Part shown: piece after piece, positions 1-10,063 of the stretch
Layout of the letters: each line of letters opens with the position of its first letter
Numbering within the stretch: the first letter of the stretch is position 1
Source of the DNA: Auanema rhodensis
Taxonomy: Eukaryota; Animalia; Nematoda
DNA length: 64,000 nucleotides
Reading direction: 5' to 3'
Assembly: GCA_964057225.1 (NCBI GenBank)
Contig: OZ059899.1
Span: forward strand, 11,098,001-11,162,000
Notes under the pieces: model-generated
The model's database searches: none
What the model saw: the letters and a program-made list of their open reading frames with translations, nothing else
Told to the model about the DNA's origin: nothing
Position numbers and translations under genes: made by a program

Positions 1-900
1 ATAAAATTGAAAAGAATGCTGCCATGCGTAGCATTGCCAAACTGCAGCTAAATAGGTTTGTAAACTTTTTAAAACAATACATTACAAATTTGCTTATAGT
101 GTCTGGGGTAAAATGGGTCAAAGACCAGATAAAGCCCAAACCAAGATTATTGGTGTTGAGGACCCAGAAATTGGTAGGATCATTACTGATCCTGCAAGGG
201 AACTCACCGGGTTCAAAATTGTGGATAATGTTGCGTACTGCACAACAGTACCAGAGGATTCACATTTGGCGCCACCGCCTTTTACAAATGTAGCTATTGC
301 GGCCTATACAACCGCTCATGCAAGGCTACTATTGTATAAGGCAATGGAGAAAATTGGAAAGAATTTGGTGTATACAGGTAATTTTATACTTGTATTCAAT
401 TTAAACTTACATTATTTAGACACGGATTCTCTAATTTATCAAAGATGCCTAGATGAGCCAGATCCAATTGAGGATATGAAGGGTGAATGGTTAGGTAAAC
501 TAACCTCTGAAATACCCGATGGTTGGTCAATGACCAAGTTTGTGTCACCAGCGGCAAAAGTTTATAGTTATAAACTTGTAAATGCAGCTGGTGATGTAAA
601 ATATGTAACAAAGGCAAAGGGAGTGGTAAGTACGAGCTTTGACTTTTCAAATAATTTTATAATTTTCAGACGTTGGACCACACGGCAGCGTCAGTGGTAA
701 ACTTTGAAAGTATGGAGCGACTGGTTCGCGGACTCGTTGTGGATGGAGAGAAATTGGTTTTAAAAACCAATACGACATTGTTAAAGAGGCAACTCGGTGC
801 CATATCCACAATGGATATGACAAAAAGTACTAAAGTCGTAATGGATAAACTTTGTTATCTTCAAGATTATAGTACTTTACCCTACGGTTATTGTGAATAA
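1..900 (+). CDS. Protein-primed family B DNA polymerase, C-terminal part, spliced (introns 56-99, 378-419, 626-669)
   Basis: Removing three GT..AG introns of 42-44 nt restores KLQLNSVWGKMGQ, YTDTDS and KAKGV motifs and a C-terminal TLPYGY. N-terminus lies outside the window. Confidence 0.9.
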
Positions 901-1035
901 TATATTTGAATTTATAAATTTTTATCTTGTATATATTTGTATTTATAAAATTTTATCATTGTACATGTATATTTTTAAAAATAGTTGTATTAATAAATTT
1001 TATTCTTAAATCTTTTAAAGAATTTATTACATACA

Positions 1036-2370
1036 TTACAAACTGGTATCAATATATGGAGCACGATTGTTGTCAATTGAAAGAATAGAGTCATACTCTG
1101 CATAAACAATTGCATATAAGCCCTCTTGCGGCGTTTGTTGACCAAATTCCAATTTCAAGGCTACATTACCTTGTCGTATAACATCAAATAACTCTGACGA
1201 ATGCACAGTAGGAGAAATATCAAATACAAAAAATGTGAAACCAGCTTTATACATTGCTGGTGTAATACCATTGGATGAATCTGTACGACCAAGTCCCAAA
1301 CCTTCGAGCATGTCAATATATGCTGTGGCATAGGAAGATCGCCATTCTAAATTATAAGGACGGGTAGGTATTACCCTATTGTTGAGCGTCAAGTATATAT
1401 TTTTCAAATCAAACGGTTTAAAGTTGAATGGCGAATGTTTAAAAGTACCATTATAAGCGTGTGCGCCAACAAGACCTACTACGACACGTTTTGGTGTATG
1501 AGACGTGAATAATATATTATTAGGTGAATCCAAGCGGCCTCCTTCTATGAAATAAGAGCGCATTTTCACTGATGTCATGGGGTAGTGTATTCGATCCTTT
1601 GCGAGTTTATCTTCTATAGCCATAGCTAATCCAGCGTTTAGATCAAACTCTTGAATGAGCAAATGTACATCGCTGATATCTACTTTCAAATTTGGAAACT
1701 CCTCCTTTAATGTAGTATCCTTGTTTTCATTATTCCAGCCTAGAGTGTCAATTAAAAAGTTATCACGGTTTGGATATGCAGTTAGCTCCATTTTTGAATA
1801 GTTTACAAACAGTCGCTCTTGATTAAATAGGTCGATACTGACGGGAGCAGCCATCTCACACAATATGCCATTTTTTACAAGCGTTTGACGCGTTCTAAAT
1901 CCAGCACTGGATGCATTATCTATATATCTATCAGCATAATAGCCTGATATGGCAAGTTTGCTCTCTTTAACATCGTTGCTATACATTAAAATATTCTCGA
2001 TATATGTTTTATAGGCATGATTCACGGTAGAGTCATACACGCTAACATCGCCAATTTTCAAATGATACGAATGTATTAAACTGGCAGCAAATTGTTGACA
2101 TGGTGCAAAAACAAGGTTGTCTGGTACTGGATCACCGTTTGTGGTTACAATTTTAAATTTTACATTCAACCAACATCTTCTCAGATTGAGGAATGATTTG
2201 GAATTTTGAGCTATAACAAATTCCCATGGTCCTTGAGGAAGAAAAGTATTTTTCAAAGGGACTTGTACAGTACGAGTGGATTCAACACCTAATGCCGACG
2301 CAGGTATTTCACCATAGTTGATATTAGGTAAAAGGGCTTGTGCTGATTTTGAATCTATCAATTTAGCCAT
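1036..2370 (-). CDS. Maverick major capsid protein (double jelly-roll type)
   Basis: 444 aa with Polinton MCP-like segments (PKRVVVGLV, SPFNFKPF, GFTFFVFD, IVYAEYD); element context. Confidence 0.85.
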   Translation of the reverse strand: MAKLIDSKSAQALLPNINYGEIPASALGVESTRTVQVPLKNTFLPQGPWEFVIAQNSKSFLNLRRCWLNVKFKIVTTNGDPVPDNLVFAPCQQFAASLIHSYHLKIGDVSVYDSTVNHAYKTYIENILMYSNDVKESKLAISGYYADRYIDNASSAGFRTRQTLVKNGILCEMAAPVSIDLFNQERLFVNYSKMELTAYPNRDNFLIDTLGWNNENKDTTLKEEFPNLKVDISDVHLLIQEFDLNAGLAMAIEDKLAKDRIHYPMTSVKMRSYFIEGGRLDSPNNILFTSHTPKRVVVGLVGAHAYNGTFKHSPFNFKPFDLKNIYLTLNNRVIPTRPYNLEWRSSYATAYIDMLEGLGLGRTDSSNGITPAMYKAGFTFFVFDISPTVHSSELFDVIRQGNVALKLEFGQQTPQEGLYAIVYAEYDSILSIDNNRAPYIDTSL

Positions 2371-2823
2371 TTAAATGTGAAACGACCGCTCACGAGTGAT
2401 GCACAACCGCTTATGAGGTTTTGTGGTTTTGCGTCGTCGCCGTTTGCCCAAGCCGGTAAGATCTCGTATAGCTTGTCGGCCGGCTGTTTTAAGAGTTTCC
2501 TTGATATTATCGCCTTTCAGCACCCCATCGACAATTTCATTACCAGTTTTCAGCAACTGTCCGCCAAGAGGTGAATTTACAACTGGACTATTGCTTACAA
2601 CACTGGATAAGGCGTTTCTTCCGGCATTGATGAGATTTTGGGCTATAGGTGATTGAATGATGCGTGGTAGAAATGATGCCAAAGTTGCCAAAATACCACC
2701 CAAACCATGACCCCTCTGCATTCCACGTTGAAACATCATTCCGCTAAATGGGGCGCCACCCATTTGTTGATTTAAAAGTGTTGTCCATTGAATAGAGTTG
2801 ACATCCAAAAGGAGGTGCGGCAT
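2371..2823 (-). CDS. Virion core/maturation protein, adenovirus pVI/pVII-like
   Basis: ATG at 2823. QMGG, QRGHGLG and LTGLG protease-site-like motifs, amphipathic helix, basic C-terminus KRRRRK. Stop codon abuts the MCP start. Confidence 0.65.
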   Translation of the reverse strand: MPHLLLDVNSIQWTTLLNQQMGGAPFSGMMFQRGMQRGHGLGGILATLASFLPRIIQSPIAQNLINAGRNALSSVVSNSPVVNSPLGGQLLKTGNEIVDGVLKGDNIKETLKTAGRQAIRDLTGLGKRRRRKTTKPHKRLCITRERSFHI

Positions 2824-2874
2824 ATCGAACCGCACGCGCGCAATACAAAAGTTACACTAGATCATTCTACTAAA

Positions 2875-3330
2875 ATGTATTCGTCTGAAATAGTATCACT
2901 ATTGCAATCTGTCCCCAGCACTCGGAAACTATTCCTCGGTGTATATAGCGCTGATACTCTACCCAAAACGCGTCGTAAAAACTTTGCACTTGTCGTAAAT
3001 ACTGACACACATGATAAGCCAGGCACACATTGGCAGGTCATCTTTGTCCGTAACAAGCAAGCCTATTTTTTCTGTAGCTTGGGATATAAAATGAACAAGT
3101 ACATTCAAAATTATCTGGCCAAATATAAAAAGGTAAAAATTAATACTTGCAAACCACAACGTATAATTGAATACACTTGTGGTGGCTACGTGGTATTTGT
3201 AATACTAATGTTGTCGGCTGGTAATTCATTTGAAAGCATTTGTTCATTTTTTAAACTATTGAAAAATGATGATGTCTTTATTAAAGCGTTTATGCATAAA
3301 GTATTCGACTATAAATTGGCTACTATATAA
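2875..3330 (+). CDS. Adenain-like cysteine maturation protease
   Basis: VVNTD..GTHW and Q..TCG motifs; ATG at 2875. The usual FDS acidic site reads FCS. Confidence 0.85.
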   Translation: MYSSEIVSLLQSVPSTRKLFLGVYSADTLPKTRRKNFALVVNTDTHDKPGTHWQVIFVRNKQAYFFCSLGYKMNKYIQNYLAKYKKVKINTCKPQRIIEYTCGGYVVFVILMLSAGNSFESICSFFKLLKNDDVFIKAFMHKVFDYKLATI

Positions 3331-3371
3331 GAAATTTGTCATTAATAACCTGCTACATTACGTGGTCAGTT

Positions 3372-3542
3372 ATGAATATTCCTTGTCACTGTGAATTATG
3401 TGTCAAATACACGTTGGAGCAATCTAAACCAGCGCCTTTATACAGGAGAATGTTGAAATGTATTTCAGTGCCATTTATTAAAGGTATAGCATTGGGATTG
3501 GGCTTTTGTACAACACTAGTCATATTATTGCTCATTATATAA
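3372..3542 (+). CDS. Small 56-aa protein with CHCxxC and a hydrophobic C-terminal tail
   Basis: ATG at 3372 preceded by the same GYGGTY motif as neighbouring genes; fills the gap between protease and zinc-finger genes. Confidence 0.45.
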   Translation: MNIPCHCELCVKYTLEQSKPAPLYRRMLKCISVPFIKGIALGLGFCTTLVILLLII

Positions 3543-3583
3543 AAGTGGGTTGATTGCGTGTGGTCGTTTTTCATTTTCCTCTA

Positions 3584-4048
3584 ATGGAACTTTTATGTAA
3601 CAAATATTGTGGTACATGCAAGGAAATATTTTCTTCAACCAAGCATTTTAGTGATCACGTTTTGAAAAGACATGCAGGGATTCAACCCATATGTAACAAT
3701 TATATCAGCAATGCTGACTTTATTCAAAAATATGGACATTTGGATGGTGTTCGTAGACGTTTGTGCCCTCATTGTAGTGAAACTTTTGGAACAAGATTCA
3801 ATTGTGAGCGTCATATTCGGCGTATTCATAATAATAATGGAACGAATGGTGAAGATGGTGATGGAAATGATACCAGCAAACCCTTTGAAAAAGCTGAGGA
3901 GTTTGTACATTCAACCCAATCAAAAAGATGCCGCAGCAATAGTGACGGAGAACATTCACAACACGAGCCGAGCGACAAACAAAACTGCCCTAAACTATCT
4001 TTTAAACCTTCGAAAATAAAAATGTGGTATTGTATAACTGTTGAATAA
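3584..4048 (+). CDS. C2H2 zinc-finger protein
   Basis: Two fingers: CGTC..F.....HVLKRH and CPHC..F.....HIRRIH; ATG at 3584. Confidence 0.8.
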   Translation: MELLCNKYCGTCKEIFSSTKHFSDHVLKRHAGIQPICNNYISNADFIQKYGHLDGVRRRLCPHCSETFGTRFNCERHIRRIHNNNGTNGEDGDGNDTSKPFEKAEEFVHSTQSKRCRSNSDGEHSQHEPSDKQNCPKLSFKPSKIKMWYCITVE

Positions 4049-4053
4049 AGCGT

Positions 4054-4911
4054 TTATTTCATATTTTTAACATGCAATGTAACAACTGTAGAACCATAAT
4101 TAAATTGCATAGGACGACCAAATTCATCTAAAATTTCAATACGTATGGTATCGAGTGTTTGTCTAGTGATTGGTACATAACGAATAGGATTAAATGTTTT
4201 GGCAATCATTTTACCAAATTCAGTAGGAGGTGGTACAGGCAAACATGCAAGTAAATTAGCTTTCACATTACCAAGAATGGAATATTCTACAATATCACAA
4301 TATATATACATTGTATTAATGTTATTTGAAAAATCAATAGGACGCCTGGCTATTATTGTATCGTTGATGTTTTTATTTTCAAAACCAAGAAAATATGCAA
4401 AATCATCACCAAGCGTTGCATTCATTAATAGTCGCTTGCTTGTTACAAACTCTATGCGCTGCAATGTTTTGTTAAACTGAAATGTGGCGTCTGCGAGCAT
4501 TTCCTCCACTAGCTTAGCCTCAGCCTGGCGATTATTATACCATTTTTTTACATCTTCATCTTTATCTATTAAACTTTTTATACGTGCTTCTTCCTCAGCT
4601 CCAAGAGGCTTTGTATTGTTGGCGATAAATGATTCTCTTCCAGCATTGATTCCGCGTATTATTTCATCACCATTTGCATAGTTGCCTTTAGGCAAGTGTA
4701 GAATAAATTTTCTATTGGAAAAACGTAGTGTATAAGATAAATCTTTTTGAACATTTAATATAGAACAAGGAAAAATGATGTCTGTCAGCCCAATGCAATA
4801 TCTATTATTGCGTAGCCTTAGTGTTTCAGGTAATCTGGTAAGAAACACTGATGATGTATTACTTTTTTCAGAGTCAACTGATGATGGAAGAGTAATGTAA
4901 AAATCATCCAT
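4054..4911 (-). CDS. Maverick minor capsid (penton-like) protein
   Basis: N-terminal FYITLPS; YIYCDIVE..ILGN; I.DEFGRP..F.G..VVTLH, typical of Polinton mCP. Confidence 0.85.
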   Translation of the reverse strand: MDDFYITLPSSVDSEKSNTSSVFLTRLPETLRLRNNRYCIGLTDIIFPCSILNVQKDLSYTLRFSNRKFILHLPKGNYANGDEIIRGINAGRESFIANNTKPLGAEEEARIKSLIDKDEDVKKWYNNRQAEAKLVEEMLADATFQFNKTLQRIEFVTSKRLLMNATLGDDFAYFLGFENKNINDTIIARRPIDFSNNINTMYIYCDIVEYSILGNVKANLLACLPVPPPTEFGKMIAKTFNPIRYVPITRQTLDTIRIEILDEFGRPMQFNYGSTVVTLHVKNMK

Positions 4912-4990
4912 GACAAACCACCACTTGATACGTGTACACTATTGCAAATGAAATCATTTGCATTTTAGGTACATTTACGAGTGGTTGATT

Positions 4991-5638
4991 ATGGTTTTCA
5001 GCTTCAAACTACCCAGTCAGACAACTGTAATAGGTGCTACCCAATGCGGTAAAACAACCCTCATAAAGCACATATGTGAAAATACTGAAAAGTTTTTCAA
5101 CGTCCCCATTGATAGAATATTCTGGTTCAGTCAATGTGGGTCATCGTCAGGTGTACCAATAAATGATGAGCGTTTAATAATTATTCAAGGGCCTCCTGAT
5201 CCTGATTTGATAAAAGAACAAAAGGGAGTAAATACTATACTAGTGCTGGATGATTTGATGAACTTTTTTTCATCGAATAAAGCAGCAAAGGAATTGCTCA
5301 ACAACATTTTTACAGTATGGGCTCATCACTGGAATTTGGCAGTGTTTAATCTTGTGCAAGCGGCATTTCAACTGGACAGGACCAGTCGAATCAATAGTAC
5401 ATATATAATACTGATGAAAAGTCATTCAGATATATTACAAATACGTAATTGTCTGCAGCAATTATTTGGGCCACGTTTCAAAAATGCTCTAGAGGCGTAT
5501 GATGATGCAATGTCGACTCCCTATAGTCATTTACTGATTGACAATCATCCTTTAACAAGTGAGAAGCAGCGTATACTATCTGATATAACAGCGGAGAACC
5601 CTATTGTTTATGTTGCCAGAAATGTGTTTAGTGTTTAA
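4991..5638 (+). CDS. A32-like DNA packaging ATPase
   Basis: Walker A GATQCGKTT, Walker B LVLDD, AHHWN and RINS motifs. Confidence 0.9.
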   Translation: MVFSFKLPSQTTVIGATQCGKTTLIKHICENTEKFFNVPIDRIFWFSQCGSSSGVPINDERLIIIQGPPDPDLIKEQKGVNTILVLDDLMNFFSSNKAAKELLNNIFTVWAHHWNLAVFNLVQAAFQLDRTSRINSTYIILMKSHSDILQIRNCLQQLFGPRFKNALEAYDDAMSTPYSHLLIDNHPLTSEKQRILSDITAENPIVYVARNVFSV

Positions 5639-5650
5639 AGTGCTTGTTCA

Positions 5651-5959
5651 ATGAGTGGTCGTATTTTGTCAAATTTCAACTTTTTGTCTTCTTGCGCCAA
5701 AACTCCTTGTTCTGTTTCCTCATTTTCTTTTGCACAAATTGAAATTATTGTTGAAATTGTATTTAATATTGTGAAAAATAATAATTTTCTTTTAACTAAC
5801 AAGGAATATAAAACCCTCTTGCCCATATCTTCATTATTACGTCAAATAGCTTTGATACGCACACCGGAAAAGGCTAAATCATTATTGGCAACGCTTTCAC
5901 ACAAACAATTGAAAACAATAGTTACATGTGGTATTGCCTATTTTGGTTTTAAATCATGA
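5651..5959 (+). CDS. Maverick hypothetical protein
   Basis: 102-aa ORF packed between the ATPase and the next ORF, with an ATGA overlap. Confidence 0.6.
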   Translation: MSGRILSNFNFLSSCAKTPCSVSSFSFAQIEIIVEIVFNIVKNNNFLLTNKEYKTLLPISSLLRQIALIRTPEKAKSLLATLSHKQLKTIVTCGIAYFGFKS

Positions 5960-6672
5960 AGCTCAACCATAAATATCGACTAATTCCTGTCGACGAGGAA
6001 ACAATTAATATAGACAAGTTTGATGCAGAGCTCAAGCTTTTACGAGAAAATAGAGCTATACCCGACTATAAAAAGGCTGAACTATACGAAGACTTGATTG
6101 CTCGTCTCAAAAACTATAGAGAAAGTATAGATGCGCCCATATCAGTACAAGTGGAAAATGTTGATCCACCTCTATTGCCAGAATACAAGTTGCCAAGAAA
6201 GTATAACAATTTGTGGGAGAAATTTCCAGAGGTGCGCACAAACAAGAATAACCAACTTGTGATTAATAATGAGGCTGTACCAAACACGAATATTACAAAA
6301 ATTTTAGATTTTGTATTGGATAAAACAAAAACGGAGCCCAATGGATTTTCAGTCTTGTCAAAGTTTTTAGCCAGTAAAGGCGTACCAAGTTCTAACAAGA
6401 AACAAACTAGAAGAGAGTCGGCTGACAATGATTCAGTTGACGTTGTAACTAGAGCTGAACCGGCTGTTACAGACTTGGACTCTACTATATTACCTAGAAC
6501 GCCTCGTCATCGTAAAGCTGTTATTCGATATTCACCATCACCGGTTCGTACACTCAAAAGTAAAAGGTCAAAGACTTTTGATACTGCCGCCGAATCATAT
6601 TACACACCACAAGAAGGAGACTCACAGAATGGCCAAGGTCGTAAAAGGTTCTACATTAGATTATGGAAATGA
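5956..6672 (+). CDS. Maverick hypothetical (possibly core/structural) protein
   Basis: 238 aa, N-terminal KYRLIP, basic/Ser-rich tail ending QNGQG..LWK; overlaps the integrase start. Confidence 0.7.
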   Translation: MKLNHKYRLIPVDEETINIDKFDAELKLLRENRAIPDYKKAELYEDLIARLKNYRESIDAPISVQVENVDPPLLPEYKLPRKYNNLWEKFPEVRTNKNNQLVINNEAVPNTNITKILDFVLDKTKTEPNGFSVLSKFLASKGVPSSNKKQTRRESADNDSVDVVTRAEPAVTDLDSTILPRTPRHRKAVIRYSPSPVRTLKSKRSKTFDTAAESYYTPQEGDSQNGQGRKRFYIRLWK

Positions 6673-7696
6673 TATTTTGGCGAGCATTTATTACGATATA
6701 AAACACCCAGCTTCATATACATCAGCCAAGAATTTATTATCGCAAGCACGAAAACATGGCATTTCAAAGGTACAAGTTGATGATTTTTTGCAAGATTCTG
6801 AAACTTTTACACGACATAAACCAACCAGAATGCGTATGCAGACTAGAAAGACTAGAGGATGTGGTCGATTTCTAACAGTGCAAGCAGATTTGGTTGATAT
6901 GCAAAAATATAAAAAATTAAACGACGGCTATGCTTACATGTTGACCATGATTGATGTTTATACACGCATGTTATATGTTAGGCCTTTGAAAACTAAAGGT
7001 GGTATAGAGGTTGCTAGTGCATTTGAAAGTTTATTCAAGAATTTTATACCAATTCAGTTGATTACTGATAATGGCACAGAGTTTTATAATAGTCATTGTG
7101 AAAAACTATTCAAAAAGTTTGCCATACTGCACGGATCTACAAGTTCACCACAAAAGGCTGCAATGGTGGAGCGAGCAAATAGAACTTTAAAAACACGCAT
7201 GATGAAATATCTCTATTACAAGAATAATCATCGATGGATTGATATCCTAGATGACTTGGTTGAAGGAATAAATAAATCTTATAATCGGTCAATTAAAATG
7301 CGGCCCATTGATGTTAAAGCAAATATATTCATTGAAGAATATGCACCAGCTGTTAAAAGCCGCTTTAAAATTGGTGATACTGTTCGCATAAGCAAAAATA
7401 GGCGTACTTTTGAAAAAAGCTACGAGTCTGGATATACAATGGAGCTGTTCACAATTGATGAGGTTGTAACCGGAAACCCAACCGTGTATAAACTTGTAGA
7501 TTATAATGGTGAACGTATAAAGGGAATATTCTACGAACCTGAACTTGTCTTGGCTACTAATAAAAGCAACAAGTACTATATAGAAAAAGTTTTAAAAGAG
7601 CGTACTCGAAGCGGTAAACGTCAAGTATTTGTAAAATGGAGTGGATATCCCGACAACTTTAATGAATGGATAGATGCAGAAAATTTAAATGTATAA
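6629..7696 (+). CDS. Retroviral-type (DDE) integrase with C-terminal chromodomain
   Basis: QADLVDM, ITDNGTEF, VERANRT triad; YIEKVL...VKWSGYP...NEWI chromodomain. Confidence 0.93.
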   Translation: MAKVVKGSTLDYGNDILASIYYDIKHPASYTSAKNLLSQARKHGISKVQVDDFLQDSETFTRHKPTRMRMQTRKTRGCGRFLTVQADLVDMQKYKKLNDGYAYMLTMIDVYTRMLYVRPLKTKGGIEVASAFESLFKNFIPIQLITDNGTEFYNSHCEKLFKKFAILHGSTSSPQKAAMVERANRTLKTRMMKYLYYKNNHRWIDILDDLVEGINKSYNRSIKMRPIDVKANIFIEEYAPAVKSRFKIGDTVRISKNRRTFEKSYESGYTMELFTIDEVVTGNPTVYKLVDYNGERIKGIFYEPELVLATNKSNKYYIEKVLKERTRSGKRQVFVKWSGYPDNFNEWIDAENLNV

Positions 7697-7994
7697 TTTT
7701 TCAATGTTATAAACAATTGTAATTATAATAAATGATTTATTTGATATATCGCATAATGTAACAATAAAAAACCAGCAAAATACAAACAACAATTCAACCT
7801 GAAAAAAAAAAAATGTAGACTATTCAAATTTTCAAATTCTTACCAGTTGGTTGATCATTCGTCCTCAATTGATGAGCCATTGATGGATATTCGCAAGAGC
7901 TGGAAAAAAAAAAATGTTACGGCTGAGAATATAAAAAATGCCACATAACAAAACAAGAATAAAACGCCAATTGTACTATTTGTGCTTGTTGTAG

Positions 7995-8579
7995 TCAAAA
8001 TGAAGGATCAAAGCGGATAAACATGTTCAGGTTGAGTGCTTCTGGACTTAGTTTAAAGTAGAATACATTCTGCTTATAACCAAAAGTCTTTACAGTAGCC
8101 TCATCTGCATATATAACAATATAGCCCATATTGTTCAACAATTGCTTGCACGTCATGGTGTTATAAGAGCGCATCTAAAAAATGATAAAATTGAAAATAA
8201 ATAAATATGCAAGCTTACATTAATAGAGAACTTTTCGGGCTTATAGTGACGAAATTCCTTCAAAAGACCCAACGCATCATTCCTTCCTCTACACTTTATA
8301 CAGAGGCTGAAACAGTGATACTCGTCTATAACCTGCAATGATTCCCTACAAGTTTTGCAGAGACAAATTGGTCTCATTAATACACTCCTTGGTGGAGTGC
8401 TCTCTCTCAGAATCTCCATCTGCTTTATTGGTGAATCTAAATTAAAGATTTAATAAATACAAGTTAAGGTTCATACCAAAATTTGTAAAATTTGGAGCTG
8501 GTGTGGGTGGTCGTGGTACTTCAGGTTCAGGCGATTTGCGCACAACATTTGTCACATCAGCAAGTACAGCACGCTTCAT
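7995..8579 (-). CDS. Predicted spliced gene (exons 8579-8477, 8436-8219, 8174-7995), ~166 aa, with D-box-like N-terminus and Cys-rich region
   Basis: GTATG..TTTAG (40 nt) and GTAAG..TTTTAG (44 nt) introns keep the frame; begins MKRAVLADVTN. The 3' end is uncertain because more splice-like sites occur at 7800-7920. Confidence 0.6.
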
Positions 8580-9401
8580 TTCCGCTAAAGATCCAACTTT
8601 CTAAAATATAAGGCAAACTTGCAGAGAGGAGTAGTCTATGGCGATTGGCAAAGAGTGGCAGGAGATGGTGAAACGTCGGATCCTCGGATAGTTGGCAGAG
8701 CTGAAATGTAAATGTAGCAAAATTGCCAACCTTTTATACAAAGATTTTTGTAAAGTACAACCCATTGTGTTACAATCAAGTTTGCTGATGAAATTCTTTT
8801 ATTAATTAGATTTTACAGCATATTTATGCAGATATACTCATCTCGTCGACAGTTGCCAGCAGTTGGCGCACTCTGAACCTGTAAACAATCTGCATATTAA
8901 TTAGTTTTTACATCTCTTTAAACATTATTGTTTACCGTTTGTGCCATAAACAACAGCCATCTCTGTAAAACATTTAGGCTTTTTAAACTTTGCTTAATAG
9001 CTCATATATTATTCATAGTATACTTTTAAACCCATATTGTAGCACAAAACATATGACTGCCAACGTTTTATATGTAAAAATATTTCATTCTTGAATATTT
9101 AATAATGATTATATTACGAAACTAAAACTTTTGAAATGTTAAAATGATTATACTATATTTAAACCCCCACAGTGCAGTTATTACTGTTTATTAACCATCG
9201 ATATGCGTGGCGTTGAGGTCAGCGCAACTGTTTGTTAATCTTATTGTATTTACCTTCAATGTGTGCTCTATAGAGTTATTGTATTGTTATATTAGTAAAA
9301 TAAAGTTTAAAACTAATCTTTTATTATAATTTGAAACCTTTACTTGTTAGAATAAATATAATTAATAACAATTTGTAATTTCAAAAATTAATAATTTAAT
9401 G

Positions 9402-9556
9402 TCGTTCTTATCGAATTAACCTTCGATATGTGTTCCATTAAATTTTGGTATTTCATATCGTTCTTATCGAATTAACCTTCGATATGTGTTCCATTAAATT
9501 TTGGTATTTCATATCGTTCTTATCGAATTAACTTTCGATATGTGTTCCATTGAATT
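9402..9556. repeat. 56-bp tandem repeat (~2.7 copies) with internal palindrome TATCGAA..TTCGATA
   Basis: Units start at 9402, 9458 and 9514. Confidence 0.9.
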
Positions 9557-10063
9557 ACCCATAACAAGTACGGTGAACAAAATTATCTACATGCAAAAAT
9601 TTTATTGATCTTTAAAATAAAAACAATACAAACACAATACAATAAAAAATAAACAAAATAAGTAAACAAACATTATTAATAAATATAATAAAGAAATAAA
9701 TAAAATTTAAAAACAAATTTATATATTTAAAATTTAAATATAATTTATATATAAAATTTAAAGTTTAAATATAATTTATATATATAAAATTCAAATATAA
9801 TTTAAATAATTAAAGTTTAAATAAAATTTATATATATATAAAATTTAAATATAATTTAAATATTTAAAATTAAGATTTTTATTTTTACTTAATATATTTA
9901 AAAATAATTGAAAATTCATACATACATTTGAAAAAGCATATTTAAATTTGATTTAAAAAAAAAAAAAATAAAAAAAAAAATAAAAAAAAAAAAAAAAAAA
10001 AATCATGCTTTAAATCATGACTTTTATATTTAAAAAAGGAAAATCCATGAACCATGATCCTAA

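Noticed and set aside
9425-9555. Maverick repeat ATGTGTTCCATTA resembling the LTR B junction ATGCGTTCCATTA
   Set aside because: Short AT-rich match with no extension; probably chance.
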